Shown piece after piece: positions 37,869 through 48,800 of a stretch of 56,571 bases of DNA. This DNA is from a virus (taxonomy: Duplodnaviria; Caudoviricetes). Each line of letters starts with the position of its first letter. Position 1 is the stretch's first letter. Under the pieces are notes generated by a model. It saw nothing but the letters and a program-made list of their open reading frames with translations, made no database searches and was not told the DNA's origin. The stretch covers positions 1-56,571 of IMG/VR virus record IMGVR_UViG_3300020352_000005, one strand, 5' to 3'. A program made the position numbers and the translations under genes.

Positions 37869-40094
37869 TTATTGTATAATTTGGCTATAACTTCCCTTAT
37901 TGTCGTATCTTGCAAAGTTAAGTTTTATTTTTGATTTCTTTTTAATGGGTTGGTAAAGTCCCTTTTGTGTCGCCATAATAGCTAAACCTGAGCTAATAGA
38001 TGCATCAAACTTGGTTCTATTGTTAATATTAAACCTAGCCCAATCTTCAAGAGTTCTGCTAAAATACATAGAACCCATTGAGTCAGAATCTCTAAATACA
38101 CTATCTAAATCTAATCCAACGTGCTTTTCTATATAAGATTCTATTGCTGCTGCATGAGCTTGTTTTATGTCTTCAGAACTATTGGGAATACCTCCTAACT
38201 CTCTTTCGGTTTTAGATAATTTAGTATATATTTTATCTGGTCTGTTCATAGAAAATCCTCTGTACCCTCTGTTTTTAAAATGATACAAAAGACGAGGTTT
38301 ATTATTTTCTATTAATATTGGCATTCCATAAAACACACAAGCCATTAAAACATCTTCAAAAAATATTTCAGCTGTTTGAGGTCTTGCTATGTACTCTAAA
38401 AAAAACTCATTAGTAGGCCCTTCATCCATATGAAATTTAGTCATTCCGTGCAACGCTCCATTTGAACCTCCTCCACCAACTGTTCCTGATATATCGTAAC
38501 TATCACAACCAAATGCCCCCATGTGTTCGTTCTTTGGATATTTTATCCCTCCCTTTATATAATATTTGTTTTGCAAATGTTTGTTTGGAGTCCAAGAAAC
38601 ATAAAACCTGCCCCTATCGTTTGGAGAAAAAATAACTTCTGTATCTTTTATTCCATTTTTCCAAGAAAAAGACCCCCTAGTAATAAATCTATCTTTTATT
38701 AAGGAATCGTTATAATCTATTTGCTGATAAATTTTTTGTAGATTAAACAAAGATTGCTTGCTCTCATCTCTAAAAGCATGAGACTCAGTTCTTGGAAATT
38801 GTCTATAATATTCGTTCAATCCGTCAGGATCTGATTTCAACCCTTCTACTTCGTTATTCCAATGGTCTATAACTCCTGTATCAATAACTTCTGCGTAAGG
38901 GCCAATGCAATCTTCCTGTGGGGTTTCGAATACAGGCATTCCATAAGAATCAATGAATCCCTCGTAATTCCATTCCATAGGAATGAACAAAGAATATAAT
39001 CCTGACTTAGTTTGTCCATTCTTATTTCGCTTTCTAACATCTGAATCGTTGTAAAGTTTTTTAAAATTTCCACCTCCTTTTTCTAAAGAATTAGATGTTG
39101 AACCCATCATGCATTTTCCTATAACTCTAGCACCCAATCTTAAACAGGTTTTTGTAACTCTCCAGTTGTTTAATATGTTATCAGGCTTTTCCCACTTGCC
39201 ACTTTCATCGTGAGCTAGTAGTTTTAATTTTTCCCCATCGTATGAGTTGTCCCCTGTGTTCTTCCAGTCGATTGTGGTATCGAGACCTTCAAGCTCCTTG
39301 ACTGCTTCGTTCGCATCCAATTTTTTTCTTGTAAGTTTGGAGGCAGGTACTCTATAGGCAAGTTCTGTCTTGGGCCTGTCCATACCGTCCTGGATGGGTT
39401 TGAAAAAGAAGGGGTAGTTGAGTGATATCGGTACGACTTTGTCGGTAAACATCTTTTTAGCATCCGACCCAGTCTTTGACAATATACCATAACGTGAATC
39501 TCGTGAGGTTGTTGCCAAATGCACGAGTTCCGATGAGGACATGAAGCTAAACCCAGAGCGCCTGTTTTTAAGATAGCACATTCCGTACGATCTTGAGTCT
39601 GATTTACAAGCCTCCCAGAATATAAAGAATAATCGGTTTGATTCCCTAAAGTTTGGCTGCCCAACGTCAATTTTGGTCCAGCGCAAGTACATGTAATGAG
39701 AGCCAGTAATATAAGAAGGCTTGTCTTTATTAAAAAACCAAAAACCTTGTTCTCTTCTTTCAAACTCTTTGTCAATATAGTCATACCATTTTTCTTTAAA
39801 ATTATCAGGATATTTATCCCAATCAAATACACTTTTTATTTTGCTTAACTCTTTTGGGTATTCTATTTCCTCCCAATAATTTTTTTTAAAACGATATACA
39901 TCTTTTTCTTTAGGTAAAGCAATTTTTAAATTTTGTATTTCATATATCTCACCAATTGTGCCATCTTTAGATATAATAACTATGTCATATTCTGCATTAT
40001 ATCCGTAGTTCCATAACCTTTTTTTGTTATTAGAACTTATCACCTTTTCAGGCACAACGTCTTCTAGTATTTTATATAAACTCTGCTCGTACAT
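37869..40094 (-). CDS. terL: terminase large subunit
   Basis: Walker A KNRRSGFS, Walker B AHDESGKW, coupling motif GST, nuclease GCDSYD, ENNK and FDASISSG. Confidence 0.9.
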   Translation of the reverse strand: MYEQSLYKILEDVVPEKVISSNNKKRLWNYGYNAEYDIVIISKDGTIGEIYEIQNLKIALPKEKDVYRFKKNYWEEIEYPKELSKIKSVFDWDKYPDNFKEKWYDYIDKEFERREQGFWFFNKDKPSYITGSHYMYLRWTKIDVGQPNFRESNRLFFIFWEACKSDSRSYGMCYLKNRRSGFSFMSSSELVHLATTSRDSRYGILSKTGSDAKKMFTDKVVPISLNYPFFFKPIQDGMDRPKTELAYRVPASKLTRKKLDANEAVKELEGLDTTIDWKNTGDNSYDGEKLKLLAHDESGKWEKPDNILNNWRVTKTCLRLGARVIGKCMMGSTSNSLEKGGGNFKKLYNDSDVRKRNKNGQTKSGLYSLFIPMEWNYEGFIDSYGMPVFETPQEDCIGPYAEVIDTGVIDHWNNEVEGLKSDPDGLNEYYRQFPRTESHAFRDESKQSLFNLQKIYQQIDYNDSLIKDRFITRGSFSWKNGIKDTEVIFSPNDRGRFYVSWTPNKHLQNKYYIKGGIKYPKNEHMGAFGCDSYDISGTVGGGGSNGALHGMTKFHMDEGPTNEFFLEYIARPQTAEIFFEDVLMACVFYGMPILIENNKPRLLYHFKNRGYRGFSMNRPDKIYTKLSKTERELGGIPNSSEDIKQAHAAAIESYIEKHVGLDLDSVFRDSDSMGSMYFSRTLEDWARFNINNRTKFDASISSGLAIMATQKGLYQPIKKKSKIKLNFARYDNKGSYSQIIQ
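37913..37920 (-). promoter_or_regulatory. possible -7 promoter element TAACTTTG inside the terL 3' end
   Basis: TAnnTTTG 44 nt upstream of the portal ATG. Confidence 0.4.
39224..39784 (-). CDS. candidate overprinted +1-frame gene within terL (lipoprotein-like signal)
   Basis: 202-codon open frame (ATG at 39784 gives 186 aa), GC raised to ~48-50%, KTSLLILLALITC segment. Confidence 0.55.
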   Translation of the reverse strand: MTILTKSLKEENKVFGFLIKTSLLILLALITCTCAGPKLTLGSQTLGNQTDYSLYSGRLVNQTQDRTECAILKTGALGLASCPHRNSCIWQQPHEIHVMVYCQRLGRMLKRCLPTKSYRYHSTTPSFSNPSRTVWTGPRQNLPIEYLPPNLQEKNWMRTKQSRSLKVSIPQSTGRTQGTTHTMGKN

Positions 40095-40381
40095 TATTTT
40101 GACCTACCTTCAGCAAACCCCTTAAAGGAAGAGGCTTTACTTTCATTTTTATTACTTGCAATCATATTGTTTTCTTCTTCAATCTTAGATAAGATTTCAA
40201 AAGCATCGAATATAGCTAGCTTTTTTGAAGCTGCCGCATTTTTTAGTCTATCTGCTGCAATGTCAGGGGCTAGTCCATCTAGGTCTTTTTTTAATATACC
40301 CTCATTTGCAACTTTAATTAATTCTTTAACAGCTTTTTTTCCTGCTTTTATAATTTCTAACTTTAATTCAGTATTATTCAT
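40094..40381 (-). CDS. terminase small subunit (putative)
   Basis: 95-aa helical protein coupled (TAATG) to terL; ADRLKNAAASKKLAIFDAFEIL. Confidence 0.55.
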   Translation of the reverse strand: MNNTELKLEIIKAGKKAVKELIKVANEGILKKDLDGLAPDIAADRLKNAAASKKLAIFDAFEILSKIEEENNMIASNKNESKASSFKGFAEGRSK

Positions 40382-40941
40382 AGCATTAAAGTTATATTAC
40401 TAGTAAACATTCTATATAATTTTTCTCCATCAACAGTAAATTCATATTCACTATCTGGTTGAAAAGAAACTTTTGTTCCTTCAATAATACCGTTTTGTAT
40501 TAGATTTTTATTCGAGTACTTAACCACACCTACTAATGGTTCTTCATCTTGATGTGTTTTTAAATATTTTTCCTTTTTAGGTATAGGCTTTATCATGCAA
40601 TATTTAGAATGACATGACCATTTAGTACCGTTGTGATACATAAAAAACTGATCATAATCAATAAAAAATAAATTGTCTTTAAAAAAACTTTTACCACTTC
40701 TTTCTTTTCCTTTCATATCATTATAATATTTAAAAACATTATGATGAACTAAAAGCGTGTCTCCTGGAGAAACTTCTCCTGAATAGTTTATAGGTACAGA
40801 AATAACTTCTGCATATCGATTTGATGAGGTATGATCTTCTTTAGATGTACTTGTTATAAAATCAACGTTTCCAATCTTTTTAGTGTTGTCATACCTTTTG
40901 TCATTGCATGGTTTTACAATGAAGTAAAAAGGTGATTTCAT
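40378..40941 (-). CDS. GroES-like fold protein, apparently two tandem domains
   Basis: FIVKP...AEVISVP...VSPGDTLLV and CMIKPI...GVVKYS...IIEGTKVSF repeat a GroES-like pattern. Confidence 0.45.
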   Translation of the reverse strand: MKSPFYFIVKPCNDKRYDNTKKIGNVDFITSTSKEDHTSSNRYAEVISVPINYSGEVSPGDTLLVHHNVFKYYNDMKGKERSGKSFFKDNLFFIDYDQFFMYHNGTKWSCHSKYCMIKPIPKKEKYLKTHQDEEPLVGVVKYSNKNLIQNGIIEGTKVSFQPDSEYEFTVDGEKLYRMFTSNITLML

Positions 40942-41168
40942 TCAAAATTAATATTATATTCAATTGATACTGGCATATTTGAATTAAACTCTTTCCAAAG
41001 AAATATTTCTCCTTTGTCATTTTCAATCCATATTTTTATAGAGTCGTTCTCTAACACATGCTTTATTAAGTGAATATAATAATTTCCATTTAAAATCGCT
41101 TGATTGACTATGTAGTGCATAGCACTAGACTTATAGTCTGCTCCTATTGATATTTTTCTTATATCCAT
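40938..41168 (-). CDS. hypothetical protein
   Basis: 76 aa; IRKISIGADYK..AMHY; ATGA overlap. Confidence 0.7.
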   Translation of the reverse strand: MDIRKISIGADYKSSAMHYIVNQAILNGNYYIHLIKHVLENDSIKIWIENDKGEIFLWKEFNSNMPVSIEYNINFE

Positions 41169-41180
41169 TATATTTAATTT

Positions 41181-41519
41181 TTATTCCACAACAACAGACA
41201 CTACCTCTGGTGTTATTATTTTATCTAATTCATTTTTTGCGCTTTCTTCTATTTCTTTTACAAGCTCTTCTCCTAAAAAGTCTTTAGTCCAAACCGTCAA
41301 AACTTGATTATTTAGTTCAGTCAATTCTATAAAATCATCTATATCCTCTAAACTTAACAAAATATCTCCTGTAACGGTAGCATTATAAAAAGTACCCTTA
41401 AAGTCTTTTAGAGTTGACAAAGCTGTTAGTCTCCAATTTATTCTGTAGATTACATTTTCTTTTTCTGAAAATTTTTTATAAACATCTACATTTCTACAAT
41501 CCCAATTATATTCTATCAT
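41181..41519 (-). CDS. tail-fibre-associated small protein
   Basis: YNW..NVIYRINWRLTA..FIELTEL..VWTKD pattern; follows the fibre genes. Confidence 0.55.
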   Translation of the reverse strand: MIEYNWDCRNVDVYKKFSEKENVIYRINWRLTALSTLKDFKGTFYNATVTGDILLSLEDIDDFIELTELNNQVLTVWTKDFLGEELVKEIEESAKNELDKIITPEVVSVVVE

Positions 41520-41531
41520 AATATTTTATTT

Positions 41532-41981
41532 TTAAGGTGGTGTACAAAATCCTCTATCTTTTACAAAAAAACTAGATATTGAACTATCATAATCTACTAG
41601 AATCCACTCTCCATAACAAATAGGAGTATAATAATACCCTTTTCCTATTCTACAACGAGTCCCTGTGTTGTTGCTGCAAATTAAATCACCAATATTAATA
41701 CAAGTACTATTTACCCCAAACCAATATATCGTTGTATTAGGTGTTTGATTACAAAACTTGAAGCTTGGGGTGCTTACAACTCCATAAGCATTAGCTAGCC
41801 TCCACACTCGTTGATTTCCATAATTTCTAAAATTTAATAAATTATCTTTATTTCCTGCATATGCAGGATCAAACTGAGCTGAGTCCGCAAATTTAAAAAG
41901 ATCGTATAGATTGTTGTAGTTGCCTACAGCAGTCTTTACATCATCCATATTAAATGTAGTTGTATCAGGTACACTTGGCAT
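41532..41981 (-). CDS. tail tip / receptor-binding accessory protein (putative)
   Basis: VPDTTTF..NLLNFRNY N-terminal module and Cys-rich C-terminus; coupled to the fibre gene. Confidence 0.5.
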   Translation of the reverse strand: MPSVPDTTTFNMDDVKTAVGNYNNLYDLFKFADSAQFDPAYAGNKDNLLNFRNYGNQRVWRLANAYGVVSTPSFKFCNQTPNTTIYWFGVNSTCINIGDLICSNNTGTRCRIGKGYYYTPICYGEWILVDYDSSISSFFVKDRGFCTPP

Positions 41982-43018
41982 TATTTTTCAAGTTTAGCTA
42001 ATCGAGCCTCTAGTTCTGCAACTTTAGCTATTAATAAATCTACATAAGCAACAGATTTATATCCATCACTATCTGTTCTTACAAATTCAGGATGCTGCTT
42101 TTCTAATTCTTGAGCGACAACACCTGTTCTATATTGATTAGGAAATGTTTTTAGTTTAAACGACTTCCAATTTGCATTTATAGCCAATGGCTCTAAATCT
42201 TTAATATCTTTTTTCTTTCTTTCGTCTGAAGATAATATAAAGTTAGTTGCAGTTACAGTTGAAGTATACCTACCATTTCCTGTTACATCTAAGTTATACC
42301 CTGGGTTTGTATTGTTTATACCTATTCTGTTTGCATATGTAACACATAAAGCCGTTGACCTACTTGTATCTGAAGTTCCTGTTCCAACAGCAAATGCGTG
42401 TCCTATTGCTAAAGCGTATTCATTATACTTACCTACAGCAGTCTGACCCTGTCCGTTAGCTCCAAAACCAGCGGTAACAGAAGTTGTTGTTCCTAGTCCT
42501 AAAGATATATTAGCAATACCGTTACTTGCTGTAGCTCCTTGACCAAAAGCTAAAGCAGCTCGACCAAATGAGTTTGAGTTTTCTCCTCCTGAAAAAGAAT
42601 TATCATTCCAAGCGGTAGATTGAAATCCCATCGCCATTGCTTGATTGGCAGTAGTTATTCCTCCACCTGTAGCGGTTGCTCTTCCAAAAGCTTGAGAGTA
42701 ATTAGAATTTGTTATACATGTTTGTCCAAATGCTAAGGACGCTTCTCCTTTTGCTTCAGTAAAAATTGTTGGTGTTGCAGCATCCGTGTTTCCTCCTGCC
42801 AAAGAAGCTACCCCTGTTGCCTTACATTGATAGCCCATTGAAGTCGATAGATTTCCATCGGCTAAAGTACTCTGACCTGTAGCTAATGCTGCAAATCCAT
42901 TATTGTAGTTTTGAAAACCTATATTACAGTTAAAAGACGCACCTGGGTAATTTGTATGTAAATCTCCCAGGCTAGACGCACCAATAACTATTAAGTCGTT
43001 TAAATTCCTTATTGCCAT
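41981..43018 (-). CDS. tail fibre with YadA-like repeats and C-terminal intramolecular chaperone (peptidase S74-like)
   Basis: A(F/M)G repeats; SSDERKKKDI, GVVAQELE and YKSVAY motifs; terminal coiled coil. Confidence 0.8.
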   Translation of the reverse strand: MAIRNLNDLIVIGASSLGDLHTNYPGASFNCNIGFQNYNNGFAALATGQSTLADGNLSTSMGYQCKATGVASLAGGNTDAATPTIFTEAKGEASLAFGQTCITNSNYSQAFGRATATGGGITTANQAMAMGFQSTAWNDNSFSGGENSNSFGRAALAFGQGATASNGIANISLGLGTTTSVTAGFGANGQGQTAVGKYNEYALAIGHAFAVGTGTSDTSRSTALCVTYANRIGINNTNPGYNLDVTGNGRYTSTVTATNFILSSDERKKKDIKDLEPLAINANWKSFKLKTFPNQYRTGVVAQELEKQHPEFVRTDSDGYKSVAYVDLLIAKVAELEARLAKLEK

Positions 43019-43035
43019 TTAATTATTTTTATTTA

Positions 43036-45174
43036 TTACCCTACATAGGTAAGCAACACTTGGTAAGCGTTGTTTGCAACTGTTCCTTTGAACTTAACTA
43101 CAAGATTTGCACTACTTCTAGTTACTTCAGCATAAACAGTTTCTCCTGCAGCGCTTATAATTTCACATTTTACGTCTAAAGCAACTGCTCCACTAAATGA
43201 ATTAGTTACATTGTATGTAAAAGTAGTTATACCTCCTGATGTGCTACCGCCTGTCAAGGATACTCTATCTCCTAAGGCTCCTGTATCTACAGGGGTTGCC
43301 CATGTACCATCACCTCTTAAGAACGTGCTTGAAGAACCTCCTGAAGGCACATGACCTACATCACTACCTCCATCATAAGCCATTGATTGAACTTTAACGG
43401 CTCCTGTAGTTGGATTAACTACAATTGGCGTTCCTGTTGAAGTACCAGGAGAAACTTCATCTACACTTGTTACTAAATTTGTATTAGTATCTGACCAAGG
43501 CACGTTAACTACTAAGTTATCTCCTGAATCAACTTGAACCTTATATGTTCTATTTGGATTTGATGATGAACTATTAGCTGCTACTGATTGAGTTCCATCT
43601 ACGTTAGCATTTATAGTGTTACCTGATAAACTTAAACCTGTCCCTGCTGCTCTCTGTGTGTTATTGTCCGTTGGAGTAACCCAAGAACCGTCACCTCGTA
43701 AAAAAGTAGTACTTCCACCTCCTGAAGGCACAATACCTAGTGTAGAGCCTCCTCCATATATGTCAGAAGAAACCCATCCATTTGATGTTACATTAAAATG
43801 CGCAGAGTTAAATCCTGCAATACCTTTAGTAGTATTACCATCTGTACTTCCTGCTGTAGCAACTCCAATGTTATCTTGAACAACTGTCCAATCAGATAGT
43901 GCTGTTGGAGCATCTGATTCTGCAATAAGTAAATCACCATCTTCTACTGCCTCTCCAAAGAAATTACCTGCATTTGTTACTGCATATGTCCAACCTTGTT
44001 TTATTGAAGCACTTGGACTTGAATCTAAGTCAGGTACATTGGTTGCTGCGTTATATCCTCCTTGGAATATTAAAGCTCCTGAGCCTGCCAACGTAGAGTC
44101 TACATAACTTTTAGAAGCTGCCGAAGCTGCCGCAGTTGGAGTCACAGGAATTGTTACTTGCCCTGTAAAAGAACCTGCGCCTAAAACATTTAAGTCATTG
44201 TTTACTTGAGCATCTTGTGTAACAGTTAAGCTGTCTGCTATAGTAACACTATCTGGTAATCCAATAAATATTGTTCCTCCTGTTCCTGCAGTTTCCGTAA
44301 CCTGTATTTCATTGCTTGTACCACTAACAGTAATGCTTGAATCAGTTCCTGAACTAGCATCTAATTCTATTTTAGAAGTATTTGCGCCACCTGATCCAAC
44401 TAATACTTCATAAGTTGTATTTGTATTTGGATTTGAAGGTAACGTAAAGGTTGTTACTTCATGGCCTGTAACGTGTCCTGTTGCGTTAGTAGTTACGTCT
44501 GTATACGCATCAAAAGTTCCTCCAAATGATAAAGTGGCAGTATCTGTAGTCTCTGTGTCAGCTTGAGTGGCGTGACCAATATTTACACTACCTGATGTTC
44601 CTCCTCCTGTAATTGGAGATGAAACGGTAACTGCTGTAATATCTCCTTGAGGAATAGATGGGAATGTTACTAAATTACCTAAACCATTAATATATTGAGC
44701 AGATGTTCCATTCATTGTTATATCAACAGATGGGTTAATTGAAGCAGTTCCTCCGATTGCAGCTGTAAATGCACTACCTGCGTGTGTAGCTCCAACAGAT
44801 GTTACTGTTCCATCAAATTGATCATTTGAAGTAATAGTAATAGTAGAACCTGAACGAGTAACAGAGGTTGTTCCTCCTCCTGTAAACAAAATACTATCTG
44901 TACTAGATGGGTTTGATGCTACAAGATTAACTGTTGCAGTTCCATTACCTGTACCTGTTGCTGTTAAGTCATATGTTGTGTTTGTGTCTGTTGCTGTTGA
45001 AAGAGCTACCCAAACTCCTCCTTCTCCATATTTTACAACATTGTCGGTGGTGTTGTAATATAACTGACCATCTACAGGAGTTCCTGCAGCCGCATCATTT
45101 ATTTCATTTTGAAGTTGAGGGTTGAAGATTTCATTCTTGTTGAAATCAACGCTGTTTAAAAAATTAATTGCCAT
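43036..45174 (-). CDS. tail fibre protein
   Basis: Thr/Gly/Ser-rich; GQLYYNTT, ASKSYVD and two FLRGDG(S/T)W repeats. Confidence 0.75.
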   Translation of the reverse strand: MAINFLNSVDFNKNEIFNPQLQNEINDAAAGTPVDGQLYYNTTDNVVKYGEGGVWVALSTATDTNTTYDLTATGTGNGTATVNLVASNPSSTDSILFTGGGTTSVTRSGSTITITSNDQFDGTVTSVGATHAGSAFTAAIGGTASINPSVDITMNGTSAQYINGLGNLVTFPSIPQGDITAVTVSSPITGGGTSGSVNIGHATQADTETTDTATLSFGGTFDAYTDVTTNATGHVTGHEVTTFTLPSNPNTNTTYEVLVGSGGANTSKIELDASSGTDSSITVSGTSNEIQVTETAGTGGTIFIGLPDSVTIADSLTVTQDAQVNNDLNVLGAGSFTGQVTIPVTPTAAASAASKSYVDSTLAGSGALIFQGGYNAATNVPDLDSSPSASIKQGWTYAVTNAGNFFGEAVEDGDLLIAESDAPTALSDWTVVQDNIGVATAGSTDGNTTKGIAGFNSAHFNVTSNGWVSSDIYGGGSTLGIVPSGGGSTTFLRGDGSWVTPTDNNTQRAAGTGLSLSGNTINANVDGTQSVAANSSSSNPNRTYKVQVDSGDNLVVNVPWSDTNTNLVTSVDEVSPGTSTGTPIVVNPTTGAVKVQSMAYDGGSDVGHVPSGGSSSTFLRGDGTWATPVDTGALGDRVSLTGGSTSGGITTFTYNVTNSFSGAVALDVKCEIISAAGETVYAEVTRSSANLVVKFKGTVANNAYQVLLTYVG

Positions 45175-45179
45175 GTTTT

Positions 45180-45815
45180 TTAGTTTAAAAATGCTTTTCC
45201 TGTAAATCCTGCGGAAAATGTTAATGTTACGTTATTGCTATCTATATATTCAACTTCGCCATGTATGACAAAATCGTTTGTATTTACAACTGAAACAGAC
45301 GGAAATTTTCCTAAATTATGTTGTATGTTCCAGGTTGTTGATGACACTCCTTGTGTAAAAACAAAAGTAGAATCAGTATTATCTTGCCAAGACGTTGTTA
45401 ATGTTCCACCGTCTTGCTGTGTTAATGTTAGTATTTTAGTAGTTGTACCTGCTACAGCTGCTGATACTACAGTATCGTTGTAAGCTGTATTCCATTCAGT
45501 AGAATTTCCTCCTGAAGCATATACATCACCACTAGTTTCAATATCAGACGTAAACTTTACACGTCCTGTTATGTTTTCAATATATGCATCTGTTCCATCA
45601 TGAAAAATACTAAGCTCGTTTCCTGACCCCCACAATGACTTTACATTATTGCCATGATAAGTAGGGCCATTCATTATTCCACCTGCAACAGGTAAATAAG
45701 GGCCTCCTGTAACATAGATGCTATTATCTAACGATCCATCGGCTTTTAAAAACTGAGATGCATTACCACCTATAATTACAAACTCATTTGAAATGTACTT
45801 TTTAATTACAGCCAT
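45180..45815 (-). CDS. tail fibre-related protein
   Basis: SQFLKADGS, GNSTEWNTAY and WNIQHNLGKFPSVSVV motifs. Confidence 0.7.
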   Translation of the reverse strand: MAVIKKYISNEFVIIGGNASQFLKADGSLDNSIYVTGGPYLPVAGGIMNGPTYHGNNVKSLWGSGNELSIFHDGTDAYIENITGRVKFTSDIETSGDVYASGGNSTEWNTAYNDTVVSAAVAGTTTKILTLTQQDGGTLTTSWQDNTDSTFVFTQGVSSTTWNIQHNLGKFPSVSVVNTNDFVIHGEVEYIDSNNVTLTFSAGFTGKAFLN

Positions 45816-45818
45816 TTA

Positions 45819-48800
45819 TTACCAGTTCTTTTGTACTATATTTACCCATGTATATGAAGTAGGGCCATCTTGCATAACCATATCTACATAACTATTATTA
45901 CCACTTACTCTATATCTCATTGTACCGACATTCGAAGCGCTTGGGACTACACTAGTGTCTCCCATTTTAATACCGCCATCTACATCTAGTTTAGCTTGAG
46001 GATTTGCAACCCCCACACCCATAACTGAATTTGAATCTGTCGAAATAACTGAATTAGCATCTTGAATTAAAATATGAGTGGCACTTACAGTATTACCTCC
46101 TGCCGATAAAAACAATGCATCATTAGTAGTATAAACATCGTCTTGATTACCACTTCCACTTAATACTATATTTCCTTCTACTTGTAGTTTTTCAACTGCT
46201 GCTCCACCTGAACCTATTCTTACTGCTCCGCCTTTTACAATAACTGTTCGAGAAGAAGTATCGTCATAAAGACCTAGTGCCGCTCCATTACCATCTACAT
46301 CTCCAATATTGATTATACCGTTAGCTGGTACTGCTTCAGCAAATGCAACACCAAATGAAGCATACCTTCCTGAACCATAGAAAGTATCAAAAGAGTATGA
46401 TGGAGTAACTGTTCCAAGACCAATTCCTTGACCTCCTTCAAACATTATGCTATCTCCAACAGCCGTATTACTATTCCATTTTGTTATGTAATCTTGAGTT
46501 CCAGTACCTGTGACTGTTCCTCCACCTCCACCTCCTGTGGCTACTTCAATTACATTACCGTTTGCATCAACACCTAAGTTATATGTGGCAGTTCCTGTTA
46601 TTGTTCCTGTTCCATATTGTTCTAATTGTAATTCACCATTTTTATATATAATAAAAGCATTACTTCTATTATTAATGTCTTGTCCGTTACCAACAGTAAG
46701 TATAGCGTCAGTAGCAACCCAAGTATCTACACTTGGACTATTTGGTGGATTATTGTATGAACCTAATATTGTTTCTCTATAAGAACCTCCCTCTAATCCA
46801 TTTCCAATTACTATTTGAGAATCTCCCTTAGCTAATAAGTTGTTTCCTATAGCAACAGTTCTTTTTAAATCAACTACTATATCAGAACCAATTGCTACAG
46901 TATTATTATTATCTGCTTTTGCGTTGTCACCCATTGCAATAGCTGAATCTCCATTTGTATTAGATAAATAACCTGATGCAAAAGCATAATTTCCTAATGC
47001 AGAAGTTCTATATCCCATTGCTGTTCCTGCAGATCCTGTTGCAGTTGATTCAAATCCTGAAGCAAATGAATCACCTCCTGAAGCAACTGTTGAATTGTTT
47101 AATGCTACCGAAGCACTACCTGAAGCTGTAGTTTCTAAACCTAAAGCTACAGCAGCTCCTGAAGATGCTGTGTTTGATTTACCAATTGCAGTACCATTTA
47201 ATCCTGATACTACATTTTCTTGTCCTAATCCAACACCGTAATTGGCTGTAATAATATTATTATAACCTAATGCCATTGAAAAAGCTCCTACAGCATCATT
47301 ATCTTCACCTATTGCAGCTGCACTTTGTGCTTCAACATTATTATCATATCCTAAAGCAACTCCATTTGTTGCAGTTTGTTTCACTACATTATCACGACCT
47401 ATTGCTGTACCGCTATTACCATCATTGTTATTACCTTTACCTGCAGAAAAAGAAAATTCTCCAATTGCAGTATTTCCACCACCTAATGTAACTGAGTTAT
47501 TTGCAGTTACAGCTATAGAATTTGATTCACCTATAGCTACTGATTTAGCTCCTAATGCATTATTATTTTCACCTATTGCAACTCCTCCTCCATTACCTAC
47601 TGAACCTGCAACATTAGTTGCACCTATTACTATAGAGAAATCTGATGCTGCATCACTGTCTTTACCTAGAGCTATAGAACCATTACCTTTTGCTCTAACA
47701 TCTGTACCTATAGCTGTTGAAGATTGTGCATCAGCAAGTGCATTTTCTCCAAATGCTAAAGAAGCTATACCTGAAGCTATAGAATCTTTACCTGCTGCAA
47801 AAGAATGTTGTCCTAATGATTCAGATGAATCACCTAAAGCAATAGAGTAATCTCCGTCTGCTCTTGTTGTTTTACCAAATGCAAATGACGTAGTACCTAT
47901 TGAATTACTTTGTTCCCCAAATGCAACAGAGTAATCTCCGTCTGCAATAGAACTATCTCCCATTGAAAAAGAAGCTTTTCCTTTTGCTTGTGTTTCAAAA
48001 CCTGCAGCTAATGCAAAATCATTACTTGCTGTACTTTCTTTTCCAAAAGCTTGTGAAGCTCCTCCTTGAGCTGATGTTGCATAACCTGCACTAAAAGATT
48101 GTGGGCCTGTTGCGTCCGAACCATCTCCAAAAGAATTAGCACTATCTCCATCTGAAGAAAATGCTTTATTAAAGATTAGAGATGAATTTCCTGCTCCAAG
48201 TTTTATTGGCGCATCACCAAGCTCTCTTGGCGCTGTCCATATTGCTATATTTCCTGTTGTACCTTGTCCTGTTAATACAGAAGAGTTATCAATTTTATCC
48301 CAAAACACATTTCCTGCAATATCTTCAGAGATAATTGCCCAATCACCTGGCTCCCAATCTGTAATTGTTCCACCTGCTGCATCTGTTAAAGGAGTTGTTC
48401 CTGCAACTGACACTACCCAATACTTACCTGTATTATCAGCAGTTAATGGATAAGCCTGTAAATCAGGTACATTTGTTGAAGCATCCCAAGCTGATTGATA
48501 TTCCAATCCTGAACCTTGGAAGTTTTGCCAAGTTACTTTTCCGCTTCCATCTGAAACTAAAACTTGTTCTTGATTACCTTGAGTGTTTGTAGAATCGTAA
48601 ACATCTCCAATTAATCTTATTTCTTGATTCATTGTAACTGAATCATCAAATACTGAATCTCCTGCTACATAAAAATCATTTAATATGTTTGCGTTATTGT
48701 TTACTGTAAGATTAGCTCCAACTAAAACATTTTGAGCAACCTCTAATGACCCAACGCCTGAGCCATTATTAATATATACGGTTGAACCAAGAACTTCTCC

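Noticed and set aside
38867-39073. Second +1-frame ORF (68 aa) in terL
   Set aside because: Non-ATG first codon and only modest length; not called as a gene, kept only as weak support for the dual-coding theme.
13735-48592. Numerous + strand ORFs of 60-141 aa antisense to the late genes (e.g. 16165-16524, 21040-21402, 47425-47850)
   Set aside because: They are antisense shadows of strongly coding genes, rich in Ser/Leu/Phe, mostly with non-ATG starts and no recognisable motifs.
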